A stretch of DNA of 63,416 nucleotides, filler included, from Reticulomyxa filosa (GCA_000512085.1; 24 parts of 24 records of this genome joined end to end with filler, not necessarily neighbours in it); one strand, 5' to 3'. Counted from the first letter of the whole stretch, positions 38,393 to 53,026 are shown. Translations and numbers: made by a program. The notes: generated from the sequence alone by a model not told the origin.

Positions 38393-39049
38393 GCATGTGC
38401 CTTCTCTTTTTCCCGTATGCTCTTTGGACATGTTTGCGTTGTATATGATTACAAAAGGCTACAGTTTGAGGTGATCACGACCTTGCAAGATTTAGACTGT
38501 AAAAACAAAATGGAATCACATGTTGTGCACGACACATCTGACAGAATTGCTCATATTGCACCATCGTGGCGGCTATATAAGTGGTGTCTATTTCTATTTC
38601 CTTTGGAAATTATTTTCGTGTAATCCAAACGCCGCCGTATTTGACAAAAAAAAACCAGTTTAATTTTTGAGATTTGTTCTTGCAACAAAATTAAATTTTA
38701 ACTTATGTAAGTGTGAAATAATTTAAGTTTTTTGAAAATGGAATAAATTTAATATTTCAATATTTTTAATAATTGTGGAAAGATCAGCCATGGAAATTAT
38801 GAAAAGTTGTTGTTGTACAAGTTGGCACAGATAGATAGCTCTTATCAGCAAAAACTCAAATAGCTCAATGAAACAAAAAAATACAGAGTGTTTAAGTCAA
38901 AAAAATTGATTGGTGATCACTGTAGTCATAATGAAATTAAAAACTCAAAAATATTCAATTTCAGAAAATTTTTTGCGAAAAATCTAAAGAGATTAGAAAC
39001 ATATCAGATGATCTGGAGAATTGGAATATATTTGCAAAAAAAATTCACA

Positions 39050-39300
39050 AAGACTACAATTCACACAAAAAAGAAATTTTTTGGGCAAAAATTGAAGCAA
39101 GTGTCAAATAAACACATTGAGATCGATAATGCCACCAACTTTGGCGTTGTTTGAACTCCACTTCGCTCTTGCTTGCTGGCACGCAACCACTTTGGAGATC
39201 TATGTTGTATATTTGTGTGTTGATCATACATATTTCAAATATTTTCCAATCACATTATAAGAAAACATTATAACTTGGAATATATGTTGCGTACAATCAG
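39050..39300. repeat. Dispersed repeat; inverted homologue at about 41800-42080
   Basis: Shared CAATTCACACA, TTTGGCGTTGTTTG, CTCTTGCTTG, ACTTTGGAGA.CTATGTT, AAAACATTATAACTTGGAATATA.GTTGCG. Confidence 0.8.
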
Positions 39301-42300
39301 ATACCACCAAATTGTTCAATTTTCTTTCAATCAATCACGCACCACATTACATTTTATATGGACCTTTTTTTTAACAAAAAAAAAATTTTACGCCATTCAA
39401 AGCGCAATATCACGATCCATATTCGATACACGCCGTCATTAAAATCGATTTTTGTTCAATGATGAACAAAATTAATTTTATTGGAGAAATAACAGGCGCA
39501 TATGTTGTAGTGTGGCTCCGTAATTTAATATATTAGATTTTCATCANNNNNNNNNNNNNNNNNNNNNNNNNNNNNNNNNNNNNNNNNNNNTTAATTAATT
39601 AANNNNNNNNNNNNNNNNNNNNNNNNNNNNNNNNNNNNNNNNNNNNCCGGAAAAAAAAGGGATTACAATACAACATAGGCATGTGTACATATACATTATG
39701 TATACATAACATGTATGTACATTTTTTTTAAAAAAAAACGACACCTTTTCTATTGTCAGTTAATTCAAATCGATTACCAACAATCTCTTTGTTACAATGC
39801 TGTCTTTATTCTGTTCGTCCAGCTGCGCAAAATGTTTTGAATCTGTTATAGTTGCTAGTTTCAAGATACCTCTAGCTTCAAGTATTCTGCGGTCTTGACG
39901 CATACCCAATCGTTGCTGTAGAGTTTCCGCCACTGGTCGAAATTGTGGTATTATGTCTTTCTTGGAGGATCCTGACTTTAAAGGCTAATTGCAAACTTTA
40001 TCCACGTTCATCAAATTGATTTCTCTCCACTGTTAGGAATTCTACAGGAGTCCTTTTTTCTTAAAAAAACTGTATTTTTTGACAAATAACAAAGTTATAT
40101 TTGCTAATTTGATTCCCACTCCTGGAATGTTCAGAAATTATGATTGAAGATGTACATGTTTTGATAATGTATCATTTATCTACCTGGGATTTTTCATCTA
40201 TTTTCTTGTTTTCGGTACCAAATATTTTTCTCACTTACGATAAATTCCACCCAAATTCAATCATCGATAACTTTGTTATTCTTTGTTTTTTTTTTTTTTG
40301 GATGGTCGTATTAAATTCGAAATGTTTTGAAACAGTCTTTGGCTTGTTTCTTTATTTGATCACAATACAGTGACAAAAAAAACATGATTTAATAAAAAAA
40401 GTTTTTGGTAAAAAAGCGTTAAAAAAACAAACAAACTAATACGTACATTAACCTTTGAGAAACTTTGTTGTAACAATTGACTCCAACTGTTGTAATGATT
40501 TTTGTAATTTCACATACTGATTACTATTGACCATCAATTTCGAGCGATGAACAGAAGATAATATTGTAGACTTATTTTTTATTGCGGAAATGGTGTATGA
40601 TCGAATATCTGATCGATTGGTTTGTTTATGAATAATTTCATGTATTATTCATTTTCGAAACAAATAAAAAAAATTAATATCCTCACTTTGATTGTAAAGA
40701 TTGATATACAACGTCAACCTGAATGTTGCCAATGTCAGGAGAGACCATAATAGAAAAACGTATTTGTTTGGGCCGCGATGGTAGTACCTTTTTTTTTTTG
40801 AATGGTGTTGTTATTTTTGGTGTGTTGGGTTTACACTGACTCTGTTCTTTCATTTTCGATAACTGTAGCATTTTTGCAGAGAGTGCATTGGAGAAGGAAG
40901 CCTCGAAAAGCGAGCTCCATGTTGTATACTTTGAACTGTTTGGTNNNNNNNNNNNNNNNNNNNNNNNNNNNNNNNNNNNNNNNNNNNNTTAATTAATTAA
41001 NNNNNNNNNNNNNNNNNNNNNNNNNNNNNNNNNNNNNNNNNNNNATTCAAAGATCGCTTCATTATTTAGCGAACCAAGAAAAAATTGTAATATTGGCAAC
41101 GTATTGATGGTGCTGGGCCTGCTGGGTGAATAATGAATAACATTTTATATCAGCAGTTGAACCCTCCTCCCATCATTTTCCACACAGTATTCGATTGGTT
41201 ATTTATGTTTGCTTATTCCAGGTTCATGTTACCTGTCGTTGTAATTGTGTTTGGATCCATTGCTTAAAAAAGTTTTTTATATACTTTTTTTTTTTATTAA
41301 TATGTACATATTCAATAACTAATAGCAAACATGACATCTTTATACGTATATTGTTTATTTATTTTTATGTATATGATATGTATTGCTTGACATATTTTAA
41401 TAGATATTCCAAGGCGTAACAACGAAATTTTGGAATGTGAATGGACACTTTTTTGTTGTTTATATTGTCATTGGTGCTGCAGCGAATTCCCAGCGGTAAT
41501 GGCAATTGTAACAGCAACTGCAGCAATATCGATGGTTGCATACATGAAAGCAAAAGTGGCAACCTCATGGTCGAATTGTTGCTGATGGAAATCTAATATC
41601 TTGTCAAATCATGGAAGCCACACTACAGTGCACGCATCTATCATTTCTCCAATACATGTATTTGTTCATCATTGAACAAATATCGATTAATGATTGTGTG
41701 TATCAAGTATGGATCATGTTATTATGTTTTTTAAAAAAATTGGATGTCCATATCGTGTTATGTGGCTCATGACGGATTGAAAGTAGTGAGTTGGTTATTA
41801 TTATGAATGCGCAACCTATATTCCAAGTTATAATGTTTTTTTTGTAGTGTGATTGAAATATGTATGACAATACACACGTATATAACATAGGTCTCCAAAG
41901 TGTACAATATTTGTTTATCAAGAAATTGGAAAGTCTCTGTGGTGGTTGTGGTGTCAAGCAAGAGTGAAGTAAAGTGCAAACAACGCCAAATTTGTGGCAT
42001 ATTTGATCGCAAGTATTTCATACTTGTCTTAAATTTGTTTGATTGAAAAAAATTGTCTTTTGTGTGTGAATTGCACTTTCTTTTGATTTTTCTTTTAGTG
42101 ATAGTTTTAATGTCACATTTCCAGCTCACCTGATATCTTAATCAAATTATACTCATCTCAAAAAATTTCTGAACTTTAATATTTTAAATCTTAAAGAAAG
42201 TGCGTTAGACTGTGCGAAATAGGAATTGATTCTTGTTACTATTGGCAAAAAAGATTTCGAGTGTCATGTAGGAGTAAATGAAAAGAAAAGAATATGCATA

Positions 42301-45300
42301 ACAATAGTGTCATTATGTTTGCATTTTTTTTAAAAAAATTTATTGTTAATTTTTTTTAAAAAAGCTATAGTAATATCTCTAAAACAATATTTCCCTTTTT
42401 CTTTGGAAAAAAACGAGACTGTTCCGAAATCTTTCTAAATATCTGTTCTCTCTTTCATCCACGGTGACAGCGTTTTTGTCGTAATGCTTCCCTCGAAAAT
42501 CAAATGGAATTTATTATGCTTGTTGTTGATTTTATCCTTTTCCCGTTGTATTTTCAATCCTCAAAATATCTTTACAATTTGCTGTTGGGACGGTGTCTTG
42601 TTCATCAACAACTTTCCACTGTACATTGGTATTCTTTGATCAAAAAACCGTGTCCATGAAGGGGCTCCATTGACATCTCTTCCAATATCGTTGTATCAAA
42701 AAAGCTTGTGGTGAGAATCCTTGTTCGACGGCCCACTAGATCACGATATTGGTATCCATTGTATGAACCATCATCGACTTGGCAGTATCTAAACAAATTG
42801 GGACGATGTGGTGTGTAATTTTGAAAAACTGGAGTGACGACAAATTGTTATGTGACGGCAATCCGCCGTTTTCGCAACATACAACAAATGATTCCTTTTC
42901 GACAGCAATCATCCAATACTGGAGATTGTCCGTCATGTCGCATATGTAAAACGTATCGTGGTGATTTAAATAGTCCAAATTCTTCTTATCTATCGTTACC
43001 ATCCTCTTGTTTGGAGTACGTTGAAAATAGTGTGTCACTCTCTTCGTTTTGCATTTTCCTTTGAAGGTATAGCCGGAGACGTCACTATCAAAGTTTTTGA
43101 AGTTTCGAGTGTCCAAAACATTTTTTTCTTTCCAGAATTGTACGATCTATATTTGTCGCAATAGTTCAATCCATCCATTCAAATACAAGCAAAGAAATTT
43201 TTTTTAAAAGAAAAAAGTTTGAAGCTCTTTCTTTTTTTTTTTTAAAAAAAATTTGTTTATTTAGGATGAATAAAGTCAGAACCTTGTTGAAATTGGATAT
43301 ACACTCTTTTTTCAATTTGCTTTAAGATCATTTCGATAACAGATTTTTGGAATAACGGAAACCGATTCACAGCCACATAGGTGGACAGAAATATTTTGGA
43401 CAAGATTGAGACTGAAGAATACTTTGGACATTAACAGGCTCCATTGTTTTATCTTTGAAATAGAGCCATCACTCGTTGTCAAACCATTGTTATTCCGTGC
43501 ATTTTTTATGTTTGTATTTGCATTTACATTTGTATTTGTACTTATGTTTTGAATGGTTTCACCGTTTTCACTTTGGTTTTTAATGCAAACACCGCAATTG
43601 ATTCAATTGCAATGTTCTAATTCCGGTTTGTAATCACTGGCCATATTCGCGTTCTTTGTGGCGACTGCAACATCAGACTCTATATCTTCTGTGTCTCCCA
43701 ATTCGTCATTGTCACCAAAGTCACCAAATCAAGGCGAACAGATTCTCTTTCTATCATATCCATTTGCAAAGGGGGTCATTCCTACGTCGCTATCTTTGAC
43801 CGTTGTTTGAAAGATGTCAGATTGCACATTGATGCCATTGCTGGNNNNNNNNNNNNNNNNNNNNNNNNNNNNNNNNNNNNNNNNNNNNTTAATTAATTAA
43901 NNNNNNNNNNNNNNNNNNNNNNNNNNNNNNNNNNNNNNNNNNNNAGTGTTTCGGCTTTATGTGCAACATGCAAGACGCTTGCAACTCGAAAAACATTGCA
44001 AGGACTTTGATTTTACAAATTTAATTCCAAAATATTGTTTATTAAAATAATCACATTACAAAAAAATATATAAAAAAATTATTTGCACTTTTTTACAAAA
44101 AAAGGCAATATAATAACTACCTTATTTTTAAACTAACAAAAAAATTTTTTAAATTTGCCTTCTTTTGATCAGTGACTTTTTTGTCCAAAATCGTCTGTAT
44201 TATACGTGACACAAGGCCAAAAACTGTCTTATGATATTTAGGTTAATAGTACTTCATACAAACAAAAACGTTAGTCTATAAATCTTCAAATATTTTTGAA
44301 TTATTCAATCCCTTTGACAATTGTTTTAATCAGCTTACAAAGATTGATAAAGTGCAAAAGTAGTGTTGTGATTAGTTCTTGCTCTTTTTGTGACTTTCCT
44401 TTCCCCTCTTATTCTACTTCTTTCGTGATTCCAGTTTTCAAAATGCAGTCTTCTGAAAATATTAATCCAGAACGCATGCCTTTTCAATGCAACTCTAATT
44501 CACAATGTTCTTCACTCAAGAGGTTTAGATTGTGTGAACTCCAACACTTACTTAGGCTCAAACTTTGGGCATGCGACCATTACATCAAATACCAATCCTG
44601 CAACGCCCATTGGTTTTCCAGTAATGGCGGTTAGCCTTTCAACTGAACGTTCATTGTCATCCATCGACAACGGCAGTGGCGTACACATAAGCAGTAAAGA
44701 GCATGAAATCACAAAAAGTCTTCAAGATTTTTGTGCGTACACACAAGTTTACAACAGAGGTAAATTTGAAGTTGAGAAAAATGAAATCGAAAAGAAAAAA
44801 AAGCCTCGCTCCAAAAAAAAAAAAGGGTTCATTTAAAAAAAAAAATTGGCTATTTTTTTTTATAACTTTTGTTATTCGTGAAGCAATAAGGGGCGGAGCA
44901 AAAAAAAAAAAAAAAAAAATGAAAACGTGTATCCGATCCCCCTCTTTGCAACAGGTGAGGAAATAATAGCCAATAAACATCGTTTCCAACTTTGGAAAGT
45001 GAATTTAAACAAACAAATAAGACACCCGTTGATATGTCATGACGGNNNNNNNNNNNNNNNNNNNNNNNNNNNNNNNNNNNNNNNNNNNNTTAATTAATTA
45101 ANNNNNNNNNNNNNNNNNNNNNNNNNNNNNNNNNNNNNNNNNNNNAAGTGTAATACAAAAAATTGTTATTAGAATGAATTTTCAATAAAACAAAAGTAAA
45201 TTAAATAAAAGATAATCTCAATACTAAAGACAAAATGAAAATAAATAAACAATAAAATGACTTTTGTTGAAAGTAAAAGTTTTAGTAATAAAAAAATTAA

Positions 45301-45985
45301 GTCAATTTATACTTTGATAATAGTTATTATTGCTTTAATTACAATATTGTATGAAGATCAGTTATAGAAGTGGTAAGTGTAATACGACATATGCTTTTAT
45401 TGATAGCAGTTTCCAAATAAAAAAATGATTTAAATAAAGAATAATTAACAAACAGAAAATAAAGAAAGCAATAAAAAAAGTGAAAAGTTTTAAATTATTT
45501 TAACACAATGTAGACTCATCATACACTTTAGAGTTCAGCTGTCTACATTAGTGGCTTGCCATACAATATGAAGATGATAAATTTTCTAAGTCAAAAATAT
45601 ACACTTTTTCAAAATTTCTTTTTAAAAATATTTACTAATATTCAAGTGTTTCAAAATGCATTTAATTTTTTATACAATTTTTGTTAGTTACAAATATTTT
45701 TATTATTTTTTACAACATTTTATTTGCTAAATGATTTTTATTTTTGTGTGCTATTAATGTGATGTATTTTAATCACAATGAAGTTTTTATGATTTTTCCA
45801 TTACTTTTTTCAATTGATAGGTTTTCTTTTCTCTTGCCTGGCAGTCTTTTTATCCTTTCTTCTAACAAGAACATCGTCTGCATTTTCATTTTTCTTACTT
45901 TCAATTTATTTTAAAGTATTTTTAACTACAAAGGTGAGTAAGCCAGGACATTCATATTTTGAGAAAAAATCATACACCTTTAACC

Positions 45986-47034
45986 ATGTCTTGTTTATTT
46001 CGTAGGACATTTTTGAACAAGATCAAGTCTTCGGTCTTAAACAATAATGTTTTTCGCAATGACAGACAAATATCAGGAAGTGTAATATCGTCTTTCGCCT
46101 CCAAACGTTACCCGTCTCTTTGTGTCAATCAGTACTGGAACCACGCTCGTTCAAACCAATTATTTAGCAACGATGCCTACGAGCCGCGTCGACCACAAGT
46201 CCATAACACAACTATTATTTGTGTGCGCAAAGGTAACGACGTGGTATTGATGGGCGATGGCCAAATGTCAATCGGTAACGTTGTCGCCAAGCATAACTCC
46301 AAAAAATTGAGAAAGTTATCAGGAGGCAAGGTTATTGCCGGTTTTGCAGGTGATAACGTAATATGTATTTTTTTTTAAGTCAAACAAAAGAAAGCTTAAA
46401 ATAAAACAAGAAGAACTCCAATTTTTTAAAAAAACAAAAATAACCTTTTTTTCAAATAAAAATTGACAGAAATTTCTGCGTAACATACAGGCGGCGCGGC
46501 AGATGGCATAGCGTTGATTGATTTGTTGGAAAAGAAATTGAGCGAAAGAGAGGGTTTGTCTTGTGTAAAAATCTTGAACGAATGATAAAATGGAGGCGAA
46601 GTATTATAAAAGTTGATCGATTGACATGGTGTGTGTACGTATGTGGTGCAAATGTATGTCTGTTACGTATACCAACAGAATTGCGGCGCGCTTGTGTAGA
46701 AACAACAAAGTTGTGGCGAACGGATAAAATACTGAGAAGATTGGAAGCGCTACTAATTGTCGCGGATGAAAAATCAACTTTTGAATTGACTGGAAATGGT
46801 GAATTGGTAGAATCAGAGACGGGCATTATCGCTATTGGAAGTGGGGGTCACTTTGCAGAGGCCGCAGCGAGAGCATTAATAGATTCAGATCTCTCCGCAG
46901 ATGAAATTGCGACCAAAGCAATGAAGATTGCGGCTGACATGTGTGTTTATACTAATCACCATACTTTGAAATTAAAATTGGTCAAAGAGAAAGGAATTGT
47001 TGAAGATACTAGCGACTCTAAACAACAACTCTAG
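45986..47034 (+). CDS. hslV: HslV (ClpQ) threonine protease subunit with N-terminal targeting presequence; 3 exons
   Basis: [55 protein letters not shown]; in-phase GT-AG introns at 46350-46490 and about 46554-46678. Confidence 0.95.
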
Positions 47035-47475
47035 ACTTCGCAGCTATTTTTTTGTTGTTCTAGCCTCTTTTTCTAACAGTAGAGAAAGCCATAACAACTT
47101 TGCTATCCGTAAATGCTTTGGATAGTACTTCTAGTTATGTTTTTTTGTTAGCCAAACTGCAGCTCGTATGAATTGCAAACAACTTTTCAAAGAATTAGTT
47201 TTCGAGCACAAAACATTTTTTTAAAAAAGGACAAAAATAAACTTTAAGATCAAAAAAGTGTTTTGTATAATACGATTTAATTATCCCGTATGAAGCTCGA
47301 AGGTCGTACAAAATTGAAAACTCTAATCAAATAAAAACCAATGAACGAACAAATTGGAGAAAAAAGAAAAAAATAACAAAAATATAATAGTATGGCACCA
47401 AAAGATATAAAAAAAAAAAAAAAAAGAATTTTTTGAATACATTATCGACAATATAAGTTTCTATGGTATTATCTA

Positions 47476-49560
47476 TCAATCAGTGGTGACTTGTGAAAAA
47501 GTAGATGTAAGAGTAGAGGGTAATTCTACGTTATCAATAGGAGATAATTCATCAGTGGGAGGTAATTGGAGGGGGGAATTGGGATCCAAGGGGAATTGAT
47601 AATAGGCATCTTGTTGAGCATTGAGGGTTTGTGTTTCAACACGTGGCGAAAGGGCATTAGTTGGTGTGTTGTCATCCTTGGTCTTTGTGTCATCAGCATC
47701 CATTTCCAGCTTGCTAGTTGAGCTGTTGGACTTTTTTTTCGCAGTTGGTGACAACACTGACTTTGTCAATGTCGCTGTATCAAAAAAAAAAAAAAAACAT
47801 TGAAAACAAAGTAATAAGTCCGAATTTTTTTTTTTTGATAATAATAATAATAATAAAAAAGATGAAAGAAAAATATACCAGAGTCAGGCATTCCTTTTTT
47901 TCGACTGAAATGGATTTGATAAATGTTGGACTTAAACGAATACACTTGATTTTTGTTTTTTTTGCAACGACAATGGATAACCAAACGCAAGTTTTTTTTA
48001 CCAAACGCATGAATTTGTCGACATGAATATAGATATGACGTTGGTAGACATTGTTCAACGGGATGGCGCTAAGCAGGCGTTCATTCTTGGGTGTGCCATT
48101 GCCACTTCCATTTGGAGACGCTTGCTGCGGGTCATAGGTGGTGACATGGATCATGTCCACCAGTGCTCGACGAGCAAACAGCTCCGGGTTATTGAGTTCA
48201 AACTCAAACCTGATATCGCCCTTTTTCCCGTCAATCATAAACACATGTCCATGAGACTTTGGAGTGGTAAACACCAATTTCGGAGTCTCATTCGTCTTTC
48301 GAGTGCCAATGCAACATCCGCTGTCACTACCCGAAGCTGCACGAGTCACAATCGGACCACCACTGCCAAATGTTTTTCCCCCCCCCCCCCAAAAATACAT
48401 ATATACATATATATGTATACGTATGTACATAGATCTATATTTTATATAAATTTTTTTTTTTTAAATAATAATAAAAAAAAAAAACAAAACTGATTTTGTT
48501 TCAATTTGAATTCGGTCTTTCGTTTTGCAGTTCGATCGGCCTGACTGAATGCATTAGTTTTGTTCTTTGCGCCGTGTTTTTCAATGGGCGTGGAGCCGGT
48601 GCTGTTGCGATGTCGCGACTGGAATGGGGAGCTTGGGGACATAGGGAACACTGGAGAAGATATCGATATGGGGATGGGGCGAGTTGGAATGGCTTTCTTT
48701 TCCGTCTGCTTTTGCTGTGTCGTTGATGTTGATATTGGTGTTGGTGTCGTTGTAAGTTTCAAGTAGCTACCATTACCCGTTGGCGTATTCGAATCATTGA
48801 CCGGCGAAAACAGGTTATTCCTATGCTTATCTCTGTCTTTATCTTTATCTTGATTTGGATTATTACTCTCCTCTTCCGATTCCGATGGAAGAGACACTGC
48901 ATTCGACGCCGATTGTATTTTGTGGATTGTACGTATACGTTGAGCTACTTCTGGAGAAAGCACTGGCTCTTTGCTGATACTTTCACTTTAAACAAAGAAG
49001 AGGAGAGGGAAGAGGGATAAAAAAGTTTTTTTTTTTTTAAATTTGTTATATGTATATATATAACAAATTTAAAAAAAAAAACGTAACAATGTCTCCACTT
49101 GTTGATACGACTTAGCACGCCCCCATGCAGCGGAATGGTCCTCTTTGTTGGCATGTTTTTTTTTAACATTCGTAGTGCTCGCAGAGCTGGTAATGCGGTG
49201 CGGCTTGACTTTTAGTACTGCGTCATTCGCCTCAGCTTCTTCTTCTGCTTGCCGATCGTGCCTTTCCTCGTCCTGCGCACTTTCGCTCGCCCAAGTCGCG
49301 ATGGCCTTTGTCGCCGGAGGGCCATTGCCGGCAAGGCCAGACCGTGTCATCATTATCGTCGTCGTAGCTGTCGTCGTCGTCGTGGTTGTCGTAGTCGGCG
49401 GCGTGGACTGGCTATTTGCTTTTGTCGGCTTCACGTCTGCTTTGGTCTTGTCATCAGCGGTGCTCCACTGCATTGGATGACTGGGACGCGTTGCACTCGC
49501 GACCAGTGAAATAGGTGGCACGTATGGCAATTTGACATTTGAATTGTTTATTGTTGAGGA
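47476..49560 (-). CDS. Hypothetical S/T/P-rich protein with a globular C-terminal region; multi-exon, 5'-incomplete
   Basis: Four consecutive minus-strand ORFs separated by poly-A/T introns. Confidence 0.65.

Positions 49561-49602
<42 letters not shown>
49561..49602. repeat. (ATT)n microsatellite
   Basis: Direct observation. Confidence 0.95.
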
Positions 49603-49702
49603 NNNNNNNNNNNNNNNNNNNNNNNNNNNNNNNNNNNNNNNNNNNNTTAATTAATTAANNNNNNNNNNNNNNNNNNNNNNNNNNNNNNNNNNNNNNNNNN
49701 NN

Positions 49703-49989
49703 ATAACAAATTGTTGTCACCGACAAAGGCTGCAAATCCAGTATCCAAAAATAGCAAATCAACACAGTTCATCCGAAAATTCTTCGCAGCCGAAACGGAG
49801 AATGAAGAGCGTCTGGAGGAAGAAAATGATAAAGATAAAGTGTCATTATTCCAATTGATGGAATTGGAGCAACTCCAAGAAGACAAAAATGTAGCAAGCG
49901 ATGTTAAAGCAGAAGCACAAACAATTAAAACAAATGAAGTGAATGAGGAGAAGACGGACGCACAAGTGGAAACATTAACAAAACAATAG
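49703..49989 (+). CDS. 3' end of a hypothetical acidic protein
   Basis: Open frame from contig start to TAG. Confidence 0.45.
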
Positions 49990-51335
49990 GCAGTGGGTGC
50001 ACATGTGAAATGGGAAGACACATTTGGAGCCATCGATTTTTGTGATGAAAAAAATGAAGAAACAGATAGAATGAACAGGTCATTGAAACATTACTTTGTG
50101 CATTTAATATTGCTCAAAAGTAAATTGAAATTTTTGTTCGATATATTGCCGCCGTAAAAACAAGTATTGGAAATTCGCTGAAAGGATGCAAAAGCAACGA
50201 AAGGGCACCATACAAAGTTATTCCTCTGACTCGAAAACAAATGAAACATCTTCGGATATGAAGAATCCAAGATCACTCGCACAAAGTCCCTCTGAACGTC
50301 ATTATGTCAATGTTTTGCAGAATTGATCGAATTTTATGTCAATCAATACGTTACGTTGTTTTTTTTTAATATGTGTATCACGACGAATACAATGAACACA
50401 ATGAACATAAATATTATGAATACAGCACAAATACAAACATACAAGAACGCAAATACGCACATGGACACTGTCACGAACATACACAGAAACAAGAAAGACA
50501 CGAAAATGATAGCGACGAATAAAGAGAAATCAATTCAAAGATATACTTATAAAATAAGTTATTAAAAGATAAAACAGACTAAGTATATTATAAATCAATT
50601 AATAATGAAATCGATAACAAAAATACAGAAATAAAAAGATTAAATACACATTAGAACATTTAGAAAGGGAATTACTTGAAATAAGAAATATATTTAATGT
50701 TATTTGGAAACTATTGGAAACTATAAATATAATACTAATCATTTTATACAATCATTAAATGATATAAAAAAATATACACATTGTTGTATCAGTTTAATTA
50801 GAGATATTGTATCACGTTTATTAGATGTTGCAATTAAACTTTATTCTTTTAGCAAAATAACTAAAGACTACAAGTTTGTTGGAAAAAAACAAAGCCATTA
50901 AACAAATAATTTAATATTTTGATGCGATAAATCGTACGAAGTATCAAATAATAGATTATATTTTCAAATTTTGTTATGCTCAAAAAACCCAAAAAACGAA
51001 TGAGCCGCTGTCGACTTGAACTCAGTGACTTTCAAAACGCCCATCTTCTTGCCTTTTTTTGCGGGTTCTCCAACTCACCTTTGAAGTCATTGCGCAAGAA
51101 GTTTAATTTCGTTTTCACTTTGCCGATCAACTCTTACTTGTCGTTACTGTCGGAGATTATTAAAAAGAAAGTTTGCATTTATTCTTGGTACATATATTTA
51201 TACGTATACATTTTATTAAAAAATAATTATAAATATATTTGCTTTCCACAAGGTAAATTTCCAAAAATGGTTAAGATTTTCCTAGGAAATCCTGTGCGCA
51301 AGCTTTTCTCCATCAAAGCCAATGATATCATCGTT

Positions 51336-52200
51336 TCACTGGACACGATCGCCCTCTGTCAAATGGGCCTGTTCTCTTCGCTTCCAATAGAACATATCGC
51401 ATTGGTTCAAGTCGCGAATGAACGAGCCGACAAGTCCATGGAAGCCTTGCAGCCACGAGTCATTGGCCATCTTCTTCGTCAACTCTTTGTGCGAATAGGC
51501 GCGCACTTCTTTATTCAGCTTGTGATTCTTCACGCATTACAAGGTCATTTGCGTCACCACGCCCAATCTACTCAAGCCCACACGAACAAATGGAAACAAG
51601 TTCGAGCTGTCGTCGTCTTGTTTGTATGATGCCACCTGCTGCGTATCGCAAGGAGGATCATTTACAATCAATGGTATCACTTGCGTGTCGCGAGGGCCTA
51701 TGTCCAGTCCCGTTCCGTGTGCACTCATTTGCGTCAAAACTCTTATTTGCTGCGTCACTATCGATGGAATATTCTCCAACATATCGCCTTTAGCACCGTA
51801 CAACCACTTTGCACTGCCACTTGCATATTCTTTGCATCGATGCATAACACACGATTCATTTTAAGTTAATTTATCATTCTTTTTTTTGTTGTGGAAAAGA
51901 TATAACAAAAATAAAATAAAATAAAATAAAAACAGTATACGTCATTTTGAAATTTTTTTCTCCAAAGGTTAAAAAAATTTGAATATTCTTTTGTTTTCCA
52001 AAAATGTCTTTCCTTTCTCCTTTTTCTCCACTTTTTTTGTAAAAATAGATACCTTTTCCGACAGGCTTTATTTTCAATTTGTTGTCGTGACAGTATTGCA
52101 TAATTGCTTTCAGTTCTTCCAAATTTTGTGTCTCAAAATGATTATCTGTTTGACCACAGCACGTGTTGGCATAATTCACTATCGACCATTTTTCGCAGAC
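51336..52200 (-). pseudogene. L-galactono-1,4-lactone dehydrogenase (GLDH)-like FAD oxidase, decayed
   Basis: SIVNYANT..QNLEELKAIMQYCHDNKLKIKPVG; LENIPSI..QQI..Q.SAHGTG..PRDTQVI; LF..RVGLSRLGVVTQMTL*CVKNHKL with an in-frame TAA at 51537-51539; C-terminal half absent. Confidence 0.8.
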
Positions 52201-53026
52201 CCAACATACCCACTGCTTGTTTGTCTTGCACATCGTATAAATAGGATTGTCGATATAGATATACATTGTATCCAATCATCGTCACACTAAAAGCAATAAA
52301 GTTATGTAGAAAGCCCGAACGAGTGCATTCATTCACTATCACTGTTGAAGCTCCTTCTTTTGGTTGTATAGCATGCTTTCCGGAACAGTAAAAATGTGCT
52401 TCAATTTTTGCATCAATAATATTTTTTCTTTTTTCTTTATTATTTTTATTTCAAAAAAAATTTATAAAAAACTCCGTCCATAGTCATTTTAAGCTCATTT
52501 CTTCTTTTTTCTTCCTTGCTATCATATCAGTCTCATGAATCTNNNNNNNNNNNNNNNNNNNNNNNNNNNNNNNNNNNNNNNNNNNNTTAATTAATTAANN
52601 NNNNNNNNNNNNNNNNNNNNNNNNNNNNNNNNNNNNNNNNNNATTTACGTCTTCGCTCATTTCTATTAAACGGACACTTTTTTTGTTGGATCATTTCTTT
52701 TTTTCCTCAATTTTAAACGATTAAAAAAAGTGATATGTTTATTTTTTTTTTTAGTTTTTTTTTTTTTTGTGAAACAGTTACAATTGTCAAACTCGGTATA
52801 AATATATACGAAATTGATGCGTAGATTCGATTTTTGTGAAGATTATCGGGTTAAATATTTCAACAATTACCGTTGTAATGATATTCATTTCGATTTTTCT
52901 TCTCTTTGATACGAAACAGTAAAAGTTACAAGTTGATCAGTTTAAAAGGAGAAAGGCCGTCAAACACTTTGCTTTTTCCCTCTCCCCTTCTAACAAGGAA
53001 ACAAAGGCCTAATAAAAATTCTGGGG

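Noticed and set aside
42600-43500. Possible ubiquitin-specific protease relic on the minus strand
   Set aside because: Only a weak W.YF.D..V-like resemblance across broken frames
51537-51539. TAA at a conserved Gln position suggesting a ciliate-type genetic code
   Set aside because: Long intact genes (DDX10, HslV, aldolase) have no in-frame TAA/TAG and end in TAA/TAG; the GLDH copy has other lesions
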